Part shown: one piece after another, positions 10,799 to 20,456 of the stretch
Numbering within the stretch: position 1 is the first letter of the stretch
Layout of the letters: each line of letters starts with the position of its first letter
From: an uncultured Bacteroidales bacterium
GTDB taxonomy: Bacteria > Bacteroidota > Bacteroidia > Bacteroidales > JAFGXI01
Reading direction: 5' to 3'
Assembly: GCA_947311115.1 (NCBI GenBank)
Contig: CAMZKE010000007.1
Span: 1 to 62,621 of the forward strand
Length of the DNA stretch: 62,621 nucleotides
Notes under the pieces: generated by a model
Database searches by the model: none
Told to the model about the DNA's origin: nothing
Seen by the model: only the letters and a program-made list of their open reading frames with translations
Position numbers and translations under genes: made by a program

Positions 10799-13537
10799 TT
10801 ATTTTTTAATAAATTTTATATGTTTTTTCATTCCATTTGATTTTACCCCAAGAATATAAATACCTGATTTTAAGAATGATACATCAATAGCTTTATCTTC
10901 ATTAATAAAGTTTTTATTTTCATAAACTTTCGCACCTGTAACAGAATATATATTTAAAGAAAATTTTGAATTTTTGTCAGAATAATTAATGTATAGTTTA
11001 GAGTTAACAGGATTTGGATAAACATTAAGTTTATTGCTGTTATAAAGCTCATCAACAAATATAGTACTACCAAACAAGCTATCATACAATTGTTTTGCTT
11101 GTTCAGAGCTATTAATTATTTCTTGTAAAGATTTTGAAGTATGAATTGCATAAGACACAATAAGTGTATCATTCGGATTTATTGAATATGGACCACAACT
11201 TAACATACTACAAACATCGTTCCCCTGCCCTATTCCTGCTATTTCCTTACTTGAAGTTAAAGCTTGGTATTTTTCTTGGTCAGAAAAGCCATTAGTTATA
11301 TCAATTCCACCCTCTCCTCCGGGAATATTGTCAAACGAATAGTTATTACACTCATTATCAGATAATAGCTGAAAGCCTGAATACAAACCATTTGGTTTTG
11401 TGGAAAATGTATAAGACAATTTATTTTCATCATTAAAATTTGCACTATTTAAATTATAATTATCAATATCCCAATCGGAAAACAAACCGAAATAAAAATT
11501 TGTTAAAGCACTGTCTGCCTTATTAACTATATAGTAATTAACGATAATAAAATCGTTATAGTCAGGTTTTTTCCAAGCATAAGTTTTCTGTTCAATTTCA
11601 ATATTATATTTCGATAAATTTTTATTCCTATATTTACTAATTACCTCTTGGTCTGCAAGTTTGTTTATTGTATTGTATTTGGCTTTATCTTCTCCTTCAA
11701 ATAAACTATTTCCACGAACACAATCCTGAATAGCAGTATCACTTACACCTGTTACAATCCCAAAATCTTGCGTTAAATTATCGCTATCAATATATTTAAA
11801 TCCAATACCCTCACTTGACGATTCAAAAGCAAATTTACCGGCATTTGTTATTGTAGTTTTTATATTATTAGTATCAATATTTAAGTACGATTTATTTAAT
11901 TTAACTTTAATTATCTGAAAATCTGAATAATTATTATCAGAAAAATTAATTTTAAAATAAATCGTTTCATCAACAGGTATTGTTGGCAAAACACGTACTA
12001 TAAAAGCATCATTAATATTATTCACAGTGTCTTGCTCATTAATATTTCCTGCATTAAAAGTTGCATCAATAATATTAACATATTCCGATTCGGTAGTTAA
12101 TAATACATTCAAATTTGTTGTTGGTTTTAAATAATTCACAAAATTGCCTGTAATAAATAATGTGTCAAGCGTTGGACATAAATTAAAGTTTATATTTTTA
12201 TATCTTACCGAAGGGGTAAATTCTTGAGTTAATGCTTCATACAAATTAATTCGCCCCTTCCCCATTAATCCTGCATAAGGTTCATTTCCAGAAACTGTAT
12301 CAATATTATCGGTACTCATTCTAATAACCTCGCCAATTTGAATAGCCGACAAGGTATCGTAATGAGCTTTTACTATTGCGGCACACCCTGCTGCAAGCGG
12401 TGAAGCAAATGAAGTTCCCCACCCATTTATATATCCGTTATTTGGTGCTGTCATATACACATCTTCACCCGGAGCAATTACATCAATATATGCACCATAA
12501 TTTGAGTTATCCCATTTATTGTCGTTTACATTTGAACCTGCAACACTAAAAACATTATCGTACGATGCAGGGTAAAAATCTAAATCCAACCCATTATTTC
12601 CGGCAGCAGCCACTACTAAAGCATTTCTATTATATGTAGCATAGTTTACGATGTCTTGACCATAATTTGAATAAGTTGTACCTCCCCATGAGCAATTAAT
12701 TATATTGCAAGCATGATCAGCTGCATAAACTATACCTTCGTAACCATGCGTAATTGACGCACCACTAGAGGCAGATACTTTTATTGGCATAAGTTTTGTT
12801 TTAAATCCAACACCGGAAATTCCAATTCCATTATCGGCTACAGCCGATGCACAACCACTAACATATACCCCATGTGCATTTGCTGCCAATGGATTTTCGT
12901 CCCATTGGGGATTATTATCATTACTAGCTAAATCCCAACCCCAGAAATTATCGACGTAGCCATCATTATCATTATCAATACCATCTATAGGATCGTTTAA
13001 GTTTTTGTAAATATTACCAAACAAATCGTTATGATTAATATCAATACCTGTATCAGTTATTCCAATTATTATCGAAGTATCACCTTTTTCAATATCCCAA
13101 GCATCATATACTTTCATATTATTTAAATAATATTGATTAGCTTGATTTGGGTCGTTTGGAGTGTATAGTAACGAATCGTTATATTTAATTTCTGCATACT
13201 CTACTATTCCACTTTTTTGCAATTCATAAATAAAACTTTTTACTTTTTCATGATTAATTTTCACAGAGTATATTAAACTTAAATCGACAAAATTTTTATT
13301 TAATTTATTTCTAACAATTGGCTTTTTATTAGCAAAAATCTTTTTAGGATGTAAGCTTTCTAAAGTTGTTTTTAGATACTTATTTTTAAAACTATTCTTT
13401 AATATCGCATCTCTGTATTTTTCTTTTAGCTTAAAAATTATCTTTTTATCTAAGTTATTATTATATTTGTATATATTTTGACTATTTATAACATTTACAG
13501 ACATTATAATTAGTAATAGAATTTTTAGAAATTTCAT
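10799..13537 (-). CDS. S8 (subtilisin-like) serine peptidase with T9SS type A CTD
   Basis: Catalytic D (ITDTG), H (HGVYVSG), oxyanion AAGN, S (GTSFASP); C-terminal VYPNP...GIYIL..KFIKK. Confidence 0.92.
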   Translation of the reverse strand: MKFLKILLLIIMSVNVINSQNIYKYNNNLDKKIIFKLKEKYRDAILKNSFKNKYLKTTLESLHPKKIFANKKPIVRNKLNKNFVDLSLIYSVKINHEKVKSFIYELQKSGIVEYAEIKYNDSLLYTPNDPNQANQYYLNNMKVYDAWDIEKGDTSIIIGITDTGIDINHNDLFGNIYKNLNDPIDGIDNDNDGYVDNFWGWDLASNDNNPQWDENPLAANAHGVYVSGCASAVADNGIGISGVGFKTKLMPIKVSASSGASITHGYEGIVYAADHACNIINCSWGGTTYSNYGQDIVNYATYNRNALVVAAAGNNGLDLDFYPASYDNVFSVAGSNVNDNKWDNSNYGAYIDVIAPGEDVYMTAPNNGYINGWGTSFASPLAAGCAAIVKAHYDTLSAIQIGEVIRMSTDNIDTVSGNEPYAGLMGKGRINLYEALTQEFTPSVRYKNINFNLCPTLDTLFITGNFVNYLKPTTNLNVLLTTESEYVNIIDATFNAGNINEQDTVNNINDAFIVRVLPTIPVDETIYFKINFSDNNYSDFQIIKVKLNKSYLNIDTNNIKTTITNAGKFAFESSSEGIGFKYIDSDNLTQDFGIVTGVSDTAIQDCVRGNSLFEGEDKAKYNTINKLADQEVISKYRNKNLSKYNIEIEQKTYAWKKPDYNDFIIVNYYIVNKADSALTNFYFGLFSDWDIDNYNLNSANFNDENKLSYTFSTKPNGLYSGFQLLSDNECNNYSFDNIPGGEGGIDITNGFSDQEKYQALTSSKEIAGIGQGNDVCSMLSCGPYSINPNDTLIVSYAIHTSKSLQEIINSSEQAKQLYDSLFGSTIFVDELYNSNKLNVYPNPVNSKLYINYSDKNSKFSLNIYSVTGAKVYENKNFINEDKAIDVSFLKSGIYILGVKSNGMKKHIKFIKK

Positions 13538-13640
13538 GATTAATAGTATTTTTAAAACTTTATTGCAAATTTAACGTATTTAATTTACACTTATAAAATT
13601 AGTTGAATATTTATAAAAACAAAATTAAAATTATAGCTAT

Positions 13641-14372
13641 ATGAATTGTATTATTATAGAAGACGATAAATTATCGAGAAAAGTTGTTGAAGAGTTTATA
13701 TATAGGACAGAAGCCACAGAACTTGTTGCTTCTTTTGAAAATGCAGTTGACGCGTTAAATTCTATAAAATTAAACGGTGCTGATATTGATTTAGTATTTT
13801 TAGATATTGAAATGCCCGAAATGTCTGGTATTGAATTCCTTAAAACTTTTGACAAACACCCTCAGGTAATTATAATATCAGGTAAAGAAAAATATGCTTT
13901 AGAAGCATTTGAATACGATGTTACTGATTATTTATTAAAGCCAATAACTTACGCTCGTTTTTTTAAAGCTGTTACAAAAGCTCAAGCAAGACACAACGAA
14001 AAACAAAATATTACAAAAGCTAGTTTCGATGAAAGTAGTGACCAAATATTTATTAAAAGAAGTTCAACTTTAGTTAGACTAAATTATTCTGATATTTTGT
14101 TTGTAGAAGCTTTAGAAAACTATGTTATTGTTACTACTTACTCCGAAAAATATACAATTCATTTTACAATGAAAGCTATTGCCAGCAAATTACCTGCAAA
14201 TATTTACAAAAGAGTACACCGTTCGTACATTGTAAATATTAACAAAATTAAAGGTATTGAAGATAATGCTGTAATTATTAATTTAGAAGAAGGAACAAAG
14301 GTTATACCTATTGGAAAATCCTACAAAGAAAAATTAATGAATGAAATTAATTTAATTACTAAAAATAATTAA
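13641..14372 (+). CDS. LytTR family response regulator (no adjacent kinase)
   Basis: REC domain (IEDD, FLDIEMPEMSG, YLLKP) plus LytTR domain (RVHRSYIVN, IPIGKSYK). Confidence 0.92.
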   Translation: MNCIIIEDDKLSRKVVEEFIYRTEATELVASFENAVDALNSIKLNGADIDLVFLDIEMPEMSGIEFLKTFDKHPQVIIISGKEKYALEAFEYDVTDYLLKPITYARFFKAVTKAQARHNEKQNITKASFDESSDQIFIKRSSTLVRLNYSDILFVEALENYVIVTTYSEKYTIHFTMKAIASKLPANIYKRVHRSYIVNINKIKGIEDNAVIINLEEGTKVIPIGKSYKEKLMNEINLITKNN

Positions 14373-14393
14373 TTCTATATATAAATACAGATT

Positions 14394-14423
14394 AAGGCTT
14401 TCATTTTTTGAAAGCCTTTTTTT
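14394..14423 (+). terminator. Rho-independent terminator
   Basis: AAGGCTTTCA-tttt-TGAAAGCCTT plus T-tract. Confidence 0.75.
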
Positions 14424-14448
14424 ATTTACTTTTGCAAAAAAATAAATT

Positions 14449-15633
14449 ATGCTTACTGAACGACAATTATTTTACAATCACGTTGCACAAACATCTGACG
14501 AACCTATTGCTCTTGAAATTAAAACTGCAGAAGGTATTTATTTAATTGATAAGGATAATAAAAAATATATTGATTTAATTGCCGGCGTTTCTGTTAGCAA
14601 CTTAGGACATAGAAATAAAAATGTTGTTGAAGCCGTAAAAACCCAAGTTGATAAATATATGCATCTTATGGTTTATGGCGAGTATATTCAATCGCCACAA
14701 GTTGAGTACGCAAAACTACTTACCGAACAGCTTCCTGAACATTTTGATAATGTATATTTTACAAACTCAGGTAGTGAAGCTAACGAAGGAGCTTTAAAAT
14801 TAGCAAAACGATATACCGGAAGAAGCGAAATAATATCGTTTGTAAACGCATATCACGGAAGTACGCATGGATGTTTAAGCATTTTAGGTAACGAATATTT
14901 TAAACAAGCTTTTCGTCCACTTCTACCTGGTGTTAGTTTTATAAACTTTAATAACGAAGATGAACTTAGACAAATTACCACAAAAACAGCTTGTGTAATT
15001 GTTGAACCAGTGCAAGCAGAAGCAGGAATTATAATACCAAAAGATAATTACTTGCAAAAAATACGTAAACGTTGCGACGAAACAGGAACTCTCTTAATTT
15101 TTGACGAAATACAAACAGGATTTGGACGTACCGGTAATTTATTTGCTTTTGAAACATACAATATTAAGCCCGATATTTTTACTATTGCAAAAGGTATGGG
15201 TGGAGGTATGCCTATTGGAGCATTTGTTGCAAATAAAAAAATAATGTCTGTTTTTAAAGACAACCCCATACTTGGACACATAACAACTTTTGGCGGCCAC
15301 CCGGTATCGGCAGCAGCTGCACTTGCTACACTAAAAACCCTACTTAACGAAAATATTATTAATGATGTAAATAAAAAAGGTGAATTATTTAGAGAACTTC
15401 TTACTCATAAAAAAATAAAATCGATTAGAGGGGTTGGATTATTTCTTGCAGTTGAACTTGATAGCTACAAACAAATACGACAACTCCTAGATGAAACTAT
15501 TAAAGCAGGACTTGTTTTCGATTGGTTCATTTTTAATGATAATCATTTTAGAATTGCTCCACCTCTTATTATTACTGATGAAGAGATAAAACTTTCTTGT
15601 AAAATTATTACAGATTGTTTGGATAAAGTTTAA
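14449..15633 (+). CDS. Class-III PLP aminotransferase (acetylornithine/ornithine aminotransferase family)
   Basis: NSGSEANEGALKLA, YHGST, EPVQAE.G, FDEIQTGFGRTG, AKGMGGGMPIG, TFGGHP. Promoter TACTTTTG at 14427-14434. Confidence 0.9.
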   Translation: MLTERQLFYNHVAQTSDEPIALEIKTAEGIYLIDKDNKKYIDLIAGVSVSNLGHRNKNVVEAVKTQVDKYMHLMVYGEYIQSPQVEYAKLLTEQLPEHFDNVYFTNSGSEANEGALKLAKRYTGRSEIISFVNAYHGSTHGCLSILGNEYFKQAFRPLLPGVSFINFNNEDELRQITTKTACVIVEPVQAEAGIIIPKDNYLQKIRKRCDETGTLLIFDEIQTGFGRTGNLFAFETYNIKPDIFTIAKGMGGGMPIGAFVANKKIMSVFKDNPILGHITTFGGHPVSAAAALATLKTLLNENIINDVNKKGELFRELLTHKKIKSIRGVGLFLAVELDSYKQIRQLLDETIKAGLVFDWFIFNDNHFRIAPPLIITDEEIKLSCKIITDCLDKV

Positions 15634-15648
15634 GTATCTTTGTAAAAA

Positions 15649-16656
15649 ATGGCAAAACTTAAAAAAAATATTAGCAATTTATTAAAAAATAAACCTGAGC
15701 TGAATTTTATTATTCAAGTTTTATCTGATAAAGAAATAGATTTATCTTTAATTGAAAAATTCGATAATAATGAGTTTATCCGCCAAATAAAGCACCATAG
15801 ATTAGATAGCATTTTTTATAAAGCTATAAAAGAGCAGAATATTAATTTACCAACAGAATTACAACAAAAATTAGAGCAAATAAACAAACAAAACAAAATG
15901 CGAATGATGAAACTAACTGCAGAGTTAATTCGCATTCATAAACTTTTTACTGAAAATGGTATTGATTATATTAGCCTTAAAGGTCCTGCGCTTTCGCAAC
16001 AAATTTATGGCGATTATACTATTAGAAGCTCTCGCGATTTAGATATTTTGGTTAGGGTGGAGGATTTGGATAAGGTGAATAAGGTTTTAAATAGCATTGA
16101 TTTTAAAACTAATACTAAAAATACTAAATTATGCAGATATGCGGATAAAGATATTATATACTACAATCCTAAAAATAAAATATTATTAGAAATTCATCAT
16201 CGATTTTTTATAAACAAATATTTACTAACTTATAACAAGCAATTTATTATAAATAAAGAATATTCAATAATTAATAATGAAAAAATACCTATACTTAAAA
16301 ATTATGTGAATTTTTTATACTTATCTACACATTCTGCTACACATAATTGGGCAAGGATTGTTTGGACATTAGATATTATGGAATATATAAAGAATTTATC
16401 TGATAATGAGATTTTAGAATCTAAAAAATTAGCGTTGAAAAATGGGTTGAATACTATTTTCTATCAAGCAATAAAAATGGATTTTGTAAATTTTCTAATA
16501 ATAACAAACGAAGAGCAATATGTTTTATTAAAAAAAATTTTATTTAGATTATCACTTAATAATTTACAACAATATAAATTCCAAGAGATAATATGCAGAT
16601 TGTTAACACCTTATAGGGTGATAAAGAAAAATGATACAGATAAATTATTTAAGTAA
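15649..16656 (+). CDS. Nucleotidyltransferase family protein (NTP_transf_5-like)
   Basis: LKGPAL...YGD..IR.SRDLDILV, LEIHHR, H...H.W.R..W..DI motifs. Confidence 0.8.
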   Translation: MAKLKKNISNLLKNKPELNFIIQVLSDKEIDLSLIEKFDNNEFIRQIKHHRLDSIFYKAIKEQNINLPTELQQKLEQINKQNKMRMMKLTAELIRIHKLFTENGIDYISLKGPALSQQIYGDYTIRSSRDLDILVRVEDLDKVNKVLNSIDFKTNTKNTKLCRYADKDIIYYNPKNKILLEIHHRFFINKYLLTYNKQFIINKEYSIINNEKIPILKNYVNFLYLSTHSATHNWARIVWTLDIMEYIKNLSDNEILESKKLALKNGLNTIFYQAIKMDFVNFLIITNEEQYVLLKKILFRLSLNNLQQYKFQEIICRLLTPYRVIKKNDTDKLFK

Positions 16657-17772
16657 ACTGTCACAGTAAGCAATGTACTTATCAGAAACAATATCCCAAG
16701 TAAAATTTTGTTTTACTCTAACATAATTTAATTCCTGAATTTTTTTGTAATCTGAATAATTAGATAAAATATCTTCTAATTTATTTTTTAAAGAAAGTTC
16801 GCTATTTAGTTCAAAAAAAGAACCATCGGAACCAAGTGCTTCTTTATGTGCAGGAATATCAGAAGCTAGGCATACTTTGCTATAACTCATTGCCTCTAAC
16901 AAAGTTATAGGTAAACCTTCTAATTCTGAAGGTGTACAAAATATAGTACAACTATTTATCAGGTTTTCTTTTTCTTCGCCTAAAACTTTTCCTGTTAATA
17001 TTATTCTGTTATTTTTTGATGATAAATTATGTAAATATTCAATATAGTTTTTAGAATATTTATCATAGCCGGCAATTACAAGTTTAACATCAGTATTTTC
17101 TAATTTTTCAAATGCTTTGATTAATAAATCCGGTCGTTTTTCTTCCACTAAACGACCTAAAAATAAAATGTATTTAGTCCCCAACAAGTTATATTTTTTT
17201 AAAACATCGGTATTTACATCTATATTTTTAATATTTGCTCCCGAGAAAATTGTTTTACAGTTTTTATTATATTCCTTTTGTATGTAATTGCTTTGCTCCT
17301 GCGAAACAGCAGTAATATTTTTATTTATTTTTATCACAAATTTCTCTAAAACCTTAATAATAAACCTTGATTTCTTTGACCATTTTTGCCTTTGCCATTC
17401 AAGTCCATGCATTTGAAAGATTACATTTTTCCTAAACAAAATAGGAATAAATGAAAATAATCCTGCAGCCATAGCATTATAATGAATTAAGTCAATGTTT
17501 TTTTGATAAAAAACAACATTAAAAGAAGCTTTAAATCCCAATAATATTTTATTCAAATATTTATTATTAATAGACTTATAACTTATTATTTCGACACCTT
17601 TAAACTTTTGTGTTTTATGCTCATCACCTTCGGTATACAAAATTATTTTATGTCCTTTTTCAACTAATATTGGACATAAATTAGCCATATAATTTTCTAT
17701 ACCTCCAATTTCTGAAATATTTCTTGATGCAATAAAGGCTATTTTCAATTTTATAGAAATAAATTTATACAA
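16645..17772 (-). CDS. Glycosyltransferase family 4 (probable start TTG 17748)
   Basis: GGIE, HGLEWQRQKW, FLGRLVEEK, PSELEGLPITLLEAMSY, SDIPAH. Confidence 0.92.
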   Translation of the reverse strand: MYKFISIKLKIAFIASRNISEIGGIENYMANLCPILVEKGHKIILYTEGDEHKTQKFKGVEIISYKSINNKYLNKILLGFKASFNVVFYQKNIDLIHYNAMAAGLFSFIPILFRKNVIFQMHGLEWQRQKWSKKSRFIIKVLEKFVIKINKNITAVSQEQSNYIQKEYNKNCKTIFSGANIKNIDVNTDVLKKYNLLGTKYILFLGRLVEEKRPDLLIKAFEKLENTDVKLVIAGYDKYSKNYIEYLHNLSSKNNRIILTGKVLGEEKENLINSCTIFCTPSELEGLPITLLEAMSYSKVCLASDIPAHKEALGSDGSFFELNSELSLKNKLEDILSNYSDYKKIQELNYVRVKQNFTWDIVSDKYIAYCDSLLK

Positions 17773-17894
17773 TAATATAACATATATTATTAAGTAACAA
17801 ACATGTTAGTAACAAGAGTGTTACCAATATGTTTGTTTAGTATATAATAAATTGAATATTAAAATGATACATGCGTAAAAAACTGATTATTTCT

Positions 17895-18020
17895 CTAAAA
17901 CAAATCAACAAATTTAATAATTCGTTCAGTTGCTTCTCCGTCCCAAAGTGGTGCGATTATAGTTTTTTTATATGTTCCGTTTTCTATGGCATAAATCTCT
18001 GTTTTTATTTTATCTAACCC
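17895..18020 (-). pseudogene. wecB: 3' stub of UDP-N-acetylglucosamine 2-epimerase
   Basis: Hand translation of minus strand LDKIKTEIYAIENGTYKKTIIAPLWDGEATERIIKFVDLF* carries the family C-terminal P.WDG.A.ERI motif. The upstream gene body is absent. Confidence 0.7.
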
Positions 18021-18118
18021 AAACAGAATGAATCTCCTAGCCGCAAGCGGACGAGGTATCGTTTTGGAATACTATTCTTTTATACGTCCCAAGGGACGGG
18101 GAATTAAACCCAAACAGA
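18016..18118. mobile_element. Short GC-rich twin-hairpin element bounded by 12-bp direct repeats (possible IS200/IS605-type end remnant)
   Basis: AACCCAAACAGA at 18016-18027 and 18107-18118; hairpins CCGC-aa-GCGG and GTCCC-aa-GGGAC; sits at the wecB truncation point. Confidence 0.5.
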
Positions 18119-18263
18119 TTAAAAATAAAGAAACGAAGTTCCAGGTTTCGCTTAGCAAAAAATTATAATTATAGAATATTTAAAAAACCTTTCAAAATAT
18201 TTTTCGTAGAAAATAATTACCATTAAAAAAAACAGTATTTTAGCAACCCTAAAACAAAAACTA

Positions 18264-19295
18264 ATGAAACAAAAAATTTTAGTTACAGGCGGTGCCGGTT
18301 ATATTGGCTCGCACACAAGCGTAAAGTTAATTGAAGCAGGTTACGATGTAGTTATTATAGATAATTTATCGAACTCTGATGTAAAAATGATAGATGGAAT
18401 TGAGAAAATTACAGGAGTAAAACCTGAGTTTTACGAATTTGATTTATGCGATATACACAAAACAAAAGATTTTTTTAGTAAAAATACTGATATAAAAGCA
18501 ATAATACATTTTGCTGCGTATAAAGCTGTTGGCGAATCAGTTAACTTACCATTAAAATATTATCACAATAATATAGCTTCGCTTGTAAATATAATACAAA
18601 ACATGATTAATTTTAAGGTAGAAAATTTAGTTTTCTCATCATCGTGTACAGTTTATGGACAGCCGGAGCCAAAATATTTACCGGTAACAGAAGATGCTCC
18701 TGTTCAGCCTGCAGGTTCGCCATACGGAAACACAAAACAAATTTCAGAAGAAATAATACGAGATACTATTATTTCTAACAAAAATTTGAAAACAATAGCT
18801 TTGCGATATTTCAACCCTATTGGAGCTCATAAAAGTGCAATTATTGGTGAACTACCTATTGGGACACCAAATAATTTAATACCATTTTTAACTCAAACAG
18901 TAGCCGGTTTGCGTGATGAATTAAGTGTTTTTGGTAACGATTATAATACTCCTGATGGCTCTGCTATTAGAGATTATATTGATGTAAACGATTTAGCTGA
19001 AGCCCATGTAATTGCTATTGAACGTTTAATTAATGATAAAAACAAAAAGAATTTCGAATATTTTAATCTTGGTACAGGTAACGGAAATTCAGTTTTAGAT
19101 GTAATTAATACTTTTGAAAAAGCCACAGGCAAAAAGGTTAATTATAAAATTGTACCTCGTAGAGAAGGTGATATAGAACAAGTATGGGCAGATACCAGTT
19201 TTGCTAACACAGAACTTGGTTGGAAAGCAAAAACTAGTTTAGGCGAGTCTTTATTATCTGCATGGAACTGGGAGAAAAAAGTAAGAGGACTTTAA
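18264..19295 (+). CDS. galE: UDP-glucose 4-epimerase
   Basis: VTGGAGYIGSHT, HFAAYKAVGES, FSSSCTVYG, PYGNTK, LRYFNPIGAH. Confidence 0.95.
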   Translation: MKQKILVTGGAGYIGSHTSVKLIEAGYDVVIIDNLSNSDVKMIDGIEKITGVKPEFYEFDLCDIHKTKDFFSKNTDIKAIIHFAAYKAVGESVNLPLKYYHNNIASLVNIIQNMINFKVENLVFSSSCTVYGQPEPKYLPVTEDAPVQPAGSPYGNTKQISEEIIRDTIISNKNLKTIALRYFNPIGAHKSAIIGELPIGTPNNLIPFLTQTVAGLRDELSVFGNDYNTPDGSAIRDYIDVNDLAEAHVIAIERLINDKNKKNFEYFNLGTGNGNSVLDVINTFEKATGKKVNYKIVPRREGDIEQVWADTSFANTELGWKAKTSLGESLLSAWNWEKKVRGL

Positions 19296-19329
19296 TAGTG
19301 TATAGTTAATAATTGATAAAGAAATAATA

Positions 19330-20385
19330 ATGAAAAAAAATATTTTAATAACAGGTGGTGCAGGATTTATTGGCTCGCATGTTGTACGTTTATTTGTAAA
19401 TAAATATCCTGAATATAACATATACAATCTTGATGTACTTACATACGCAGGTAATTTAGAAAATCTTACAGATATTGACACAAAAGAAAATTATAAGTTT
19501 TTAAAAGGCGACATTACTGATATTGAGTTTATATCATCGATATTTAAAAAATATAATTTTGATGCGGTAATTCATCTCGCTGCAGAATCGCATGTTGACC
19601 GTAGTATAACTAACCCAATGGAATTTATAAACACTAATATTGTTGGAACTGTTGTGCTGTTAAATGCAGCAAAAGATGCTTGGAAAGATAATTTTAATGA
19701 TAAATTATTTTATCACGTTTCCACAGATGAGGTGTATGGTTCGCTTGGTGAAACAGGATTCTTTTTGGAAACAACCCCATACGACCCTAAAAGTCCCTAT
19801 TCTGCATCAAAAGCTTCGTCAGACCACTTAGTACGTGCATATAATAACACATATAAAATGCCTGTTGTAATATCTAATTGTTCAAATAATTATGGAAGCC
19901 ATCAGTTTCCTGAAAAGTTGATTCCTCTTTCAATAAATAATATTAAAAATAACAAAGCAATTCCTATTTATGGAAAAGGCGACAATATTAGAGATTGGCT
20001 TTTTGTAAACGACCATGCACGAGCTATTGATGTAATTTTCCATAAAGGAAAACAAGGCGACACATATAATATTGGAGGTATTAATGAGTGGACAAATCTT
20101 GATTTAATTCATAAGCTTTGTGATGTGATGGATAAAAAATTAAGTAGAGAAGCTGGAGCTTCACGAAAACTTATAACATTTGTTACTGACCGTGCCGGAC
20201 ACGATAAACGCTACGCTATTGATGCGTCAAAACTTAGAAACGAGCTTGGTTGGGAACCATCGTTGCAGTTTGAAGAAGGTATTGAAAAGACTGTTGATTG
20301 GTACTTAGAAAATGAAACTTGGGTTGAGAATATTGTTTCGGGTGATTACGCTAAGTATTATGACAATATGTATAAGGATAGATAG
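19330..20385 (+). CDS. rfbB: dTDP-glucose 4,6-dehydratase
   Basis: TGGAGFIGS, LTYAGN, HLAAESHVDRSI, HVSTDEVYGSL, SPYSASKA, CSNNYG, FPEKLIP. Confidence 0.95.
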   Translation: MKKNILITGGAGFIGSHVVRLFVNKYPEYNIYNLDVLTYAGNLENLTDIDTKENYKFLKGDITDIEFISSIFKKYNFDAVIHLAAESHVDRSITNPMEFINTNIVGTVVLLNAAKDAWKDNFNDKLFYHVSTDEVYGSLGETGFFLETTPYDPKSPYSASKASSDHLVRAYNNTYKMPVVISNCSNNYGSHQFPEKLIPLSINNIKNNKAIPIYGKGDNIRDWLFVNDHARAIDVIFHKGKQGDTYNIGGINEWTNLDLIHKLCDVMDKKLSREAGASRKLITFVTDRAGHDKRYAIDASKLRNELGWEPSLQFEEGIEKTVDWYLENETWVENIVSGDYAKYYDNMYKDR

Positions 20386-20403
20386 AGGAAATTATTTATA
20401 AAT

Positions 20404-20439
20404 AAAAAATGCGGGTAAAATGATTTACCCGCATTTTTT
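20404..20439. terminator. Bidirectional terminator between convergent genes
   Basis: AAAAAATGCGGGTAAA-atga-TTTACCCGCATTTTTT. Confidence 0.9.
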
Positions 20440-20456
20440 ATAGTATAAATTTAGAA

